In this document: piece after piece, positions 37,101-45,580 of the stretch
How positions within the stretch are numbered: position 1 is the first letter of the stretch
Layout of the letters: each line of letters starts with the position of its first letter
Source of the DNA: Chitinophagales bacterium
GTDB lineage: Bacteria; Bacteroidota; Bacteroidia; Chitinophagales; CAVYQA01
NCBI GenBank assembly: GCA_963770495.1
Contig: CAVYQA010000015.1
Location: 43,914-107,913 of the forward strand
DNA: 64,000 bases
Direction: 5' to 3'
Program-made: the position numbers and the translations under genes
Notes under the pieces: model-generated
Databases searched by the model: none
What the model was told of the DNA's origin: nothing
Seen by the model: the letters and a program-made list of their open reading frames with translations, nothing else

Positions 37101-40100
37101 GTATTAGGAAATCATAGCACCACATCCGGTGTGTATTCGTATATGGGCAGTAAAGGAGTAGCCACCTTACCCACGGTAGCCTCAGGCGTATATGCCACCA
37201 CGGACTCCACCTTAGGACAGGTTTGGGCGCTGGCGGCTAACAATACAAAATCCACCACGGCGCCAACTGGCAACGGTTTATTGGTGTTCGGAACCACCGA
37301 TGAAGTAGGCACAGTGACCTTAGGACAAAATACAACGACCTATATGACAGGCGGCGTAGCAGCCAATGGACAGTTGGTGTTTGATAATGCCAGCAACGCG
37401 TTCACGGCAACCATCAACGCCAACCCGGCAGCCACGGCAAGTTATAGTTTAGTATTACCTCCTGCACAAGCCACAGCTTCGGGACAGGTGTTAACCAATG
37501 ACGGCGCAGGGAATTTATCCTGGGCGACAGCAGGCACAGGAGGAGGCGCCATCTTATCTAATGGAACAGGCATCAGCGCCTTTAGTTATGATGGCTCAAC
37601 GGCAGCCACAGTAGGCATAGCCAGTACAGGAGTAACGGCAGGGACTTATGGATCAGATACGACAGTGCCTGTATATAATGTAAATGCACAGGGACAGATT
37701 ACTTCGGTGACGAATGTGAGAATATCATCAGGCGCGTTGACCGGCACAGCAGGAGGAGATTTGACCGGCAGTTACCCGGATCCGACCATAGCCAATCTCC
37801 AGGGTATACCGGTAACCGCTTCGGGAGCCAGTGCACCCCTGACAGGCCAGGTATTCCGGAATATGACGGAACCGAGTGGGTGCCCGGCAGCACAAGCGGA
37901 GCAGGCACGGTAACCAGTGTAGGACTGGCATTGCCGGCAAGTGTATTTAATGTCACGGGCTCACCTGTAACCGGTGTGGGAACACTGACAGGAGCGTTTG
38001 CGAACCAGAATGCGAACACCGTGTTTGCAGGACCATCTTCAGGAGCAGCAGGAGCACCAACCTTCAGGGCATTGGTAGCAGTGGATCTGCCATCCTTAGC
38101 GGGTAATTATATCCAGAATCAAAATGCAGCAGTCCAGACGGGGACATTCCTGATAAGCGGGACAGCAGGCATCGGGGTAGCCGCAGCGCCGGCGAGTTCG
38201 CAATTATCAGTATTGACCTTCACATCAGGATATTCAGGTATACTGGGAAACAACAACGTGGCAACAACAACGAGTACCAGCGGATATGGCGTAGTAGGAG
38301 AAAGCGGAACAGGAGCAGGAGCGCCGACCAATGTATCTATCACCAGCGGTCCGGTATTGAATATAACACGGGCGTGTTAGGCAGTGCCTCAAGAGGACCG
38401 GCAGTACCCACTACCTCAGGCTTTACCAGTAACGTAGGCTTTGGAGTAATAGGCTTATTAGGCAGCGCCTTACCCAGCAGCACACCATTTATCTCTGGAG
38501 CGGGCGTATTGGGAGCCACCAAGACAGGCGGCACAGCGCCATTTGCAGCCGGTGTGGCAGCATATTCCAGCGGCGGCGGCTATGGCGTATATACCAATGT
38601 AACAGGCGGCGGGTATGGAATCTATGATAATACGACTGGCGGTGGTTATGGCATATACCAAAGCGCCACAGGTGGCGCCTTTGGGTTATATGCAGCAGAA
38701 ACAGGTTCAGCAGCGCTGACATCGGTAACCAATTCGGTACCACTTGGCACCGGCAACATCGGCGTATTCGTAAATGGTAATTCCAGTTCATTGGCGGGTG
38801 TGTATTCGTATATGGGAAGTAAAGGCTATGTAACAGCGCCGACCACGGCATCAGCAGTCTATGCGGTGACCGACTCAACAACATCAAGAGTATGGGCGAT
38901 AACAGCGAATAATACTAAGTCCACTACAGCCCCAACCGGCAACGGGTTATTGGTGTTCGGAACCACCGATGAAGTAGGCACAGTAACCTTAGGACAAAAT
39001 ACAACGACGTATATGACAGGCGGCGTAACGGCCAACGGTCAGTTGGTATTTGATAATGCAATAAATGCCTTTACGGCAACCATCAATGCCAACCCTGCAG
39101 CCACGGCAAGTTACAGTTTGGTACTGCCACCTGCGCAAGGCGCAGCAAGCACTGTGTTAACCAATGACGGAGCAGGCAACCTGTCATGGGCATCAGCAGG
39201 AAGTGGAGCATCACTAACCAATGGAACAGGAATAACTGCATTCACCTATAATGGCAGCGCGGCGGCAACAGTTTCACTAGCCAATACAGCAGTAGTAGCA
39301 GGCAGCTATGGTGATGCCAATGATTTTACCACCTTTACCGTAAATGCGCAGGGACAATTAACGTCAGCAGGCACATTCCCATTGCCAACCTCACTGCCAC
39401 CCTCAGGAGCAGCAGGCGGGGATTTGACAGGTACTTATCCCAACCCGACGCTAAATGAGATACAGGGCATCGGGGTATTAGCATCAGGAGCCAATGCGCC
39501 GACAACAGGGCAGGTATTGGAATACAATGGTACCAATTGGGTACCAACTACACTTGCAGCCACAGGAGTAACCTCAGTAAGTGCAACAGGACCATTGAGT
39601 GTGACCAATCCGACCACCACTCCCAATATTTTATTAAGTGGTGCTAATGGAGGTGTTCTTTACGGCACAGGCACAGGTGTAGGATCGGCATTCTCAGCTA
39701 CAGGCACTTCAGGGCAGTTATTACAGTCAAATGGAGCAGCTGCCCCCACATGGGTGGATGCATCTTCAGTGATAGCTACTGCTTGGAATATAAATGGTAA
39801 TTCAGGTACAAACTCTTCTATTAATTTTATTGGTACAACAGATGCACAGGATTTAGTGTTTAAAGCTGATGGTTATGAAGACATGAGAATAGCCAACAGT
39901 ACCGGTTATGTGGGTATTGGAACGAGTGCAGTAAACCCGCCGACACAACCGTTATTTGTTACAGAAACAGCCAATAATAATAAATACGTAATAACGGGAA
40001 ATGCTATACAGACGTCATTAGCAATAGATTATCAGAATACGGCTATTTACGGTTTTGCTGCAGGCGGTGATGATAATTTCGGATATGCAATCGGTGTAAT

Positions 40101-41542
40101 GGGAATAATTCATCCGACATCACACGGAGGTACAGCTTTATATGGTGGAATTAATACAAGTGCTCCCACCTTCACCCCGGCTAGTAACACATATTATGGT
40201 ATCTATACAGATGCCAGCAACACCAATATTGGCGTTGGTTATGCAGCTGCATTTATGAATGGGAATGTAGGTATAGGAACAGCTACGCCTGCTCAAACAT
40301 TGGAAATAGGAGGAACAGCCGCAACAATTAGAGTGGACGGAATGATAAGCGGTAATTCATTTAATGCTTCTTCGGAGTCATCCAACTCAAATGTTGTATT
40401 TGCTAATAACAGCACAGGTGATTTGTCTGCGTTACAAAATGGAACCAATGGACAAGTATTAACTATTACAGGCGGTGTTCCAACATGGACTGCACCGGCT
40501 ACCAATGGTACAGTAACTTCAGTTGGATTAAGCGTACCGGCTTCAAGTATTTTTGGAGTTAACGGTAGCCCTGTTACCGGTTCGGGCACGATTGGAATAA
40601 CCACCACGGGAACTTCAGGAGGTATTCCTTATTTCAGTTCAGCTTCTGCTATATCTTCTTCAGGAGCTTTAACTCAATATGGTATTGTACTTGGCGGTGG
40701 TGCAGGTGGAGCACCTACCACAACAGCAGCACTTACAGACGGACAGGTATTAGTAGGCTCAACAGGTGGATCGCCCGTTGCCGATACTATAGGCCCTGAA
40801 TCTAATTCAGGAATAACTGTAATAAACGGTTCTGGAAGCATTACAATTGGAACGAATGGCGTGTTAAATGACATAGTTACATTTACAACTGCAGGGTCAG
40901 GATCTTATTTACCTTCAGCCGGTACTAAAGCAATACAGGTTGAATTGATTGGCGGCGGTGGTGGTGGAGGTTCATGTTCAGAACCTGCAAGCAATGGTTC
41001 TGCCGGTGGTGGTGGTGGTTCTGGTGGTTATGTTAAGGTATACTTCACTAGTCCGTTATCCGGAAGTTATAATCTCTTTGTAGGTTCAGGTGGAGCCGGA
41101 GCAGCAGGTAGCAATTCAGGTAATGGTAGTTCCAGCCCCGGTAGCAGCGGCACAAGTACTTGGTTTGGTACCAGCTCTACATATGTTGCAGGCGGCGGTA
41201 GTGGAGGTAATTATGGCAGCGCTAATTTACCAAGCGCTGGTGGAGGTGGTGGTACAGCTTCAGGTGGTACAGTAAATATGCAGGGTAGTCCCGGTAGTTT
41301 AGGTTTCGGAGGTTCAAGCGGTTCATCCTCTGGTGGAGGTGGTTCTTCGGTACTTGGTGGAGGTGGAACGCCTGCTTATAATACAACAGCTGCATCTACA
41401 ATTGCCGGTAATAATGGAGGCACTAACAGCTGGTGCAGGTGGTAGTGGTGCTGCTAACTTGGGTAGTCCTTCAGGAACGCCAAAAGTAGGAGCTGGTGGC
41501 AATGGAGCTAATGGAATAATAATTATTACAGAGTATAAGTAG
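31192..41542 (+). CDS. Giant (about 3,450 aa) secreted Gly/Thr/Ser-rich tail-fibre-like repeat protein 2
   Basis: Eight track ORFs join into one frame using sister repeats as templates (indels near 32718, 33128, 33993, 34506, 37853, 38369 and 41426, plus a compensated pair at 36764/36812). Signal peptide + QNVGIGT; phage-fibre-type motifs GGDLTGxYPxP, TSVGLALP and APTFRALVAADLP; Gly-rich C-terminal domain ending GANGIIIITEYK. Confidence 0.82.
31500..39640 (+). repeat. Five intragenic tandem units of about 1.6-1.7 kb
   Basis: The VFGTTDEVGTVTLGQNTTTYMTGGV...VLTNDGAGNL core starts at 32365, 34043, 35625, 37284 and 38953, with long near-identical DNA stretches. Confidence 0.95.
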
Positions 41543-41561
41543 AATTAAAAGCAGTAGCCCT

Positions 41562-41605
41562 TTAATATAAAAAGCCCCCGAATTTTCGGGGGCTTTTTAT
41601 ATTAA
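41562..41605. terminator. Bidirectional intrinsic terminator after giant gene 2
   Basis: Perfect inverted repeat TTAATATAAAAAGCCCCCGAA-TT-TTCGGGGGCTTTTTATATTAA. Confidence 0.9.
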
Positions 41606-41663
41606 CGAAGGTGAGTTTTTGCACTATATTGAAGGTGAATTTTAAACTTTATTAGTAAACAAT

Positions 41664-41794
41664 ATGAAAAAACTATTAATCTTAATGCCCTAATTGATAT
41701 AGTTATAACACTTTTTTCTTGTAATGGAGGTATCGGTTCAAAAGATGCTCACCTTTCCCATAGGAACTCAGAGCGTGGGTTTTCAGGGATATGA
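41664..41794 (+). pseudogene. Broken lipoprotein gene remnant
   Basis: MKKLLILM, then a frameshift into ...IVITLFSCNGGIG (lipobox-like LFSC), then an early stop. Confidence 0.4.
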
Positions 41795-42101
41795 ATTTAA
41801 AGATTATATTAAAACGACATGGAGCCCGACGTTACCAATAATCTTGTGTAATAAGCCCTTTATATTGCTTGTAAACGGTTTAAACGGATTGGTAAGAATA
41901 ATATATTACCTGATGCCGGTTCTTCTTAAATTAAAGGTTTTCTAAAATCCGCCCAAAACAGGTAGGTTTATAAGATCGGACATGGTTATATTTACTTCAT
42001 TTACTTTAATATAGTTAACGGTGGATAACCGGTTAAGAGTTTCCAATTTGTCTTAAAAAACGAAAAGGTCACATTTTCATGTAACCATTTGATTTTCAAA
42101 G

Positions 42102-42176
42102 TGGGAGCTACTGGGATCGAACCAGTGACCCTCTGCTTGTAAGGCAGATGCTCTAAACCAGCTGAGCTAAGCTCCC
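42102..42176 (-). tRNA. tRNA-Val(TAC)
   Basis: Reverse complement GGGAGCT-TA-GCTC(AGCTGGTTTA)GAGC-A-TCTGC-CTTACAA-GCAGA-GGGTC-ACTGG-TTCGATC-CCAGT-AGCTCCC-A folds as a cloverleaf; CCA not encoded. Confidence 0.98.
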
Positions 42177-42187
42177 AAAGCGGAGCG

Positions 42188-42219
42188 CAAAGGTAAAATA
42201 GTAGATTCAGTTATTCAAA
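42188..42219 (-). promoter_or_regulatory. Canonical -33/-7 promoter of tRNA-Val
   Basis: TTTG (42216-42219), 20 nt, TACCTTTG (42188-42195). Confidence 0.8.
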
Positions 42220-42287
42220 TGTAAAAAGCAAAATTTAATTTTATATCCTGCTCTAATCTATATAAGTCTTCAAGACTTTTGAAGATT

Positions 42288-42951
42288 TTACATTTCATCA
42301 GGATTAAAATAATTAAATACAACACCAGCCAGTGCACCGCCAATAACAGGAACCTACCAAATATATCCAAAGGTGTTCCAATGTGCCGCCACCCCATAGT
42401 GCATTGGTAAAAGTAATTCCTACGCCAACAGCCGGATTAAAGGCGCCGCCACTTGAAATAGGGGCTCCGGGAATAGAGCTTCCAACCATAGAGACTCCGG
42501 CGAACGCTGCTGCTAATAGGGTAAAACCAATAGCAAGTCCGTAATAACTGTTTCCCTGCGTTTTTGAATTGGTGGTTACATTAAGCACCACGTAAGCAAG
42601 GGCAAAAGTAAAAATTACTTCTGATAGAGTTGCCTGAAAGCTGGTACGTCCAGCTGGTGTAATAGCCGGGGCGCTGCCTGAAAGATGATAAGCCACAAAA
42701 CCTGCTACACAACCGGCAACTATTTGCACTATCCAGTAAATAACTGCTTGCTTTAATTCGATTTTGCGACGGTACAATACAGCCAATGTAACAGCAGGAT
42801 TAAAATGTGCACCGGAAACAGAGCTGCCCGCATATACCATCACCATAAGTATACTGCCAATAGCTATTGGACCCAACGGATTTCCCGCAGTTAAAGACAC
42901 AACAAACACCCAGAAAAAAGTGCCGGTAAACTCTGTATAGTATTTTTTCAT
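42288..42951 (-). CDS. MIP-family aquaporin (one +1 indel near 42351)
   Basis: EFTGTF, SGAHFNPAVT, AFNPAV, WIYLVG. Removing one base restores GPVIGGALAGVVFNY...EM*. Start taken as MKKYYTEF. Confidence 0.9.
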
Positions 42952-43062
42952 AACCAATTTTTTTTTAAAGATAGAACATTTTTTTAAAAATAATTTTTTA
43001 CATGACTTTGTAAACACAGGAATGTTATTTTTGTACGTTTTTTAATTTAAAAAATACCGTTT

Positions 43063-43533
43063 ATGCCCTTAGTTATCGGACAGCAGGCACCTTTGTTTGC
43101 GCTTTATGATACCACAAAACATAAAGTGTCTTTGCCCGATTTTAAAGGGCGGCATTTAGTTGTTCTATTTTTCCCACTTGCCTTTTCAAGTGTGTGCACT
43201 AGGGAATTATGCGAAATGAGGGATAACTATGCTGAATTCACCAAATTGAATACGGAGGTGGTGGGTATTTCTGTGGACTCCTTATATGCCAATAGAAAAT
43301 TTAAAGAACTCTATAAAATCCCGTTCCCGCTTTTGGCTGACTTTAATAAAGAAGCCTCTATAGCTTATGACGTCCTTATTAAAGATTTTGATTATGAAAT
43401 GAAGGGCGTATCTACCCGTGCCACATTTGTAATTGATAAGAACGGCATTCTCAGGTATGCCGAGGTTTTGCCTTTACCCGGTGATTATCCTAACATGGCG
43501 GCTTTGCAAAAAGCAGTTGCCGCATTAAATTGA
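43063..43533 (+). CDS. Peroxiredoxin (AhpE/BCP-like)
   Basis: FPLAFSSVCTRELC (PxxxSxxC peroxidatic motif), VVGISVDS, FPLLADF, RATFVIDK. Confidence 0.9.
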   Translation: MPLVIGQQAPLFALYDTTKHKVSLPDFKGRHLVVLFFPLAFSSVCTRELCEMRDNYAEFTKLNTEVVGISVDSLYANRKFKELYKIPFPLLADFNKEASIAYDVLIKDFDYEMKGVSTRATFVIDKNGILRYAEVLPLPGDYPNMAALQKAVAALN

Positions 43534-43601
43534 AAAGAATTAAAAAAATCAGTTACTTTACGGCACAATATTTGACGAACTTAACTTAAACTTTTACACT
43601 T

Positions 43602-44513
43602 ATGAAAAAATATTTTACTTTTTTAGTGCTGGCACTATTTTCAATTAATGCATTTGCACAGGATACTGTGCCAAATCAAGGTTTTGAACGCTGGACCTCA
43701 GGTAGTGGTTATATGAACCCTACAGGATGGACAACTCCTAATTCTATTACCACTGGTGAAGGAGGAGAGGCTGAAGTCACCCGAACAGATACAGCATATA
43801 GTGGTAGTTATGCAGCGCGTTTGGAGACTGATACACTTGCAATTGCCGGGGTTAACATTCCCGGATTTGTTCTTTTAGGAAATATTAATATCGTTGAGAA
43901 AGCGATATCGGGTGGAGTACCATTTACGGGGAGACCGGATACTCTTTACGGTTGGTTTCGGTATATACCAAAAGATACCGATAAGGCTTTAGTTTATGTT
44001 TTGCTTGGTGATTCTATCAACGGCTCAACAGATACTGTGGCATTTGGTGGCTTTTTAATTGGCGGAACCGATACACCCTGGTATAAGTTTAGCATACCTA
44101 TAACGTACTTCAATACTACGCAAGTACCTAACTACATTCAATTGGTTATTGCATCAACAGATAATTTTTATGATAATCCTCCACGAGGAAGTACATTTTT
44201 TATAGATAGCATCGCTTTTAGCGCCGATACTTCCAAGCTTACCGGCATTAATACTGTAACTGATAAAGGCTTTAGCGCTACATGTTATCCTAATCCCGCT
44301 AATAAAAATTTAAATATTTTAATTAGTGAACCACGACCGGGAATGAGCATTAAGGTGTATGATGTGTTGGGTAGAAACTTATTCGTGGCAAATAACCGGG
44401 GGTTAATAACTCCCATTAATGTAAGCAACTTAGCTACCGGCTCATATTTCTATGAAGTGCTTGATGCGAATGGCAATTTATTAAAAACGCAAAAGTTTGA
44501 TGTGGTGAGATAA
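43602..44513 (+). CDS. T9SS-secreted protein, carbohydrate-binding-like jelly-roll domain + CTD
   Basis: Signal peptide, PNQGFERW start, YSGSYAARLET, and YPNP...YDVLGR...GSYFYEV CTD. Confidence 0.8.
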   Translation: MKKYFTFLVLALFSINAFAQDTVPNQGFERWTSGSGYMNPTGWTTPNSITTGEGGEAEVTRTDTAYSGSYAARLETDTLAIAGVNIPGFVLLGNINIVEKAISGGVPFTGRPDTLYGWFRYIPKDTDKALVYVLLGDSINGSTDTVAFGGFLIGGTDTPWYKFSIPITYFNTTQVPNYIQLVIASTDNFYDNPPRGSTFFIDSIAFSADTSKLTGINTVTDKGFSATCYPNPANKNLNILISEPRPGMSIKVYDVLGRNLFVANNRGLITPINVSNLATGSYFYEVLDANGNLLKTQKFDVVR

Positions 44514-44533
44514 AAATTAATACCAAAAAACAT

Positions 44534-44563
44534 AAAATGCTCTCAAAATTTTGGGGGCATTTT
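44534..44563 (+). terminator. Intrinsic terminator between the two T9SS paralogs
   Basis: AAAATGCTCTCAAAA-TTTTGGGGGCATTTT stem (G:U pairs) followed by a T-run. Confidence 0.65.
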
Positions 44564-44635
44564 TATTTTTATTACAACAGAAGTAATTAAAAAAATCGTT
44601 TACTTTGTTGTTCAGTAGTTAAAATTTTATTTTTT

Positions 44636-45580
44636 ATGCCGGTTAAAAAATATACTGCCTTTCTTATTATCGTTTTCATGTCATTGAAAGCCGGAGCCCA
44701 ATACTCTATTCCCGATTCCGGTTTCGAAAATTGGACCAATTCAATCAGCAATAGTCAATCATTTCAATATCCTACGGGCTGGTTAACACCCGATTCAATT
44801 ACCCTGACAAATGGAGGTATTGCGGAAGTCACCCTGTCCACTGATGCTTACTCGGGTAGTTATGCGGCACAGTTGGAAACGCAGTCGTTATATGGAAATG
44901 CTATTCCGGGTTTTCTTCTTCTTGGACAGTTTAATTTAGTTCAAAAAAACATCACCGGTGGAGTTCCATTTATGATTTCTGATTATACCCGCCCCGATAG
45001 TTTAACCGGCTATTATAAATATACACCACCTTCGGGGAAAAGTGATAGTTGTTTAATTTATATAGTGCTTATGCATTATAATGACACACTTAAAAAGCGC
45101 GATACGGTGGGCATCGGTTCATTTGGTGATAGCGTCACAACAAAAGGGTATACCAGGTTTGCTTTTGGTATAAATTATAACCTTACTTATCATTCTGAAC
45201 AAATTGATACTATTCAGTTAGGTATTTTTTCTTCAGGTAATTTTCTTACAGCACAGTTTGGAAGTACTATGCTTGTTGATGATCTTTCTTTTGATACTAC
45301 AGTGGTGACGGGTATTAGAAGTGTTGTATATAAAAGCTATAGTATATCCTGTTATCCTAATCCGGCAAATAGCTATCTTAATATTCTCATAAGTGAACCA
45401 CACACGGGAATGATTATTAAGGTGTATGATGTGCCAGGCAGAAATTTATTATCGGCAAATAACCGGGGGCTTATTACGCCTGTTGATGTCAGCAATCTGT
45501 CCAACGGCACTTATTTCTTTGAAGTGATTGACAGGTATGGAAACTTACTCAAGACGGAAAAGTTCTCTATTTTGAGATAG
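44636..45580 (+). CDS. T9SS-secreted protein, tandem paralog of 43602-44513
   Basis: Same layout (PDSGFENW, AYSGSYAAQLET, GGVPF...RPDSL.GYYKY) and a closely similar CTD. Confidence 0.8.
   Translation: MPVKKYTAFLIIVFMSLKAGAQYSIPDSGFENWTNSISNSQSFQYPTGWLTPDSITLTNGGIAEVTLSTDAYSGSYAAQLETQSLYGNAIPGFLLLGQFNLVQKNITGGVPFMISDYTRPDSLTGYYKYTPPSGKSDSCLIYIVLMHYNDTLKKRDTVGIGSFGDSVTTKGYTRFAFGINYNLTYHSEQIDTIQLGIFSSGNFLTAQFGSTMLVDDLSFDTTVVTGIRSVVYKSYSISCYPNPANSYLNILISEPHTGMIIKVYDVPGRNLLSANNRGLITPVDVSNLSNGTYFFEVIDRYGNLLKTEKFSILR

Noticed and set aside
31500-39640. CRISPR array or diversity-generating retroelement
   Set aside because: The repeats are kilobase coding units, not 25-45 bp repeats with spacers. 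There is no cas or reverse transcriptase gene and no adenine-specific template/variable repeat pair was evident.
11800-41542. Many 60-200 aa antisense and alternate-frame ORFs (MPPVLVAPNTPAP..., MAVLGLVVVF...)
   Set aside because: They are shadows of the Gly/Thr/Ala/Asn-rich repeats, recur with the repeat units, and have no independent start signals or domains.
11837-41542. Fibre genes as tail fibres of the terminase-based particle
   Set aside because: They have Sec signal peptides, lie more than 16 kb away, and lack the 22-bp terminase promoter box upstream; no evidence of linkage.
42081-42121. att site pair at tRNA-Val
   Set aside because: No second copy of the tRNA 3' end in the window; the TGGGAGCTAC match at about 1326 is inside ribD and only 10 bp.
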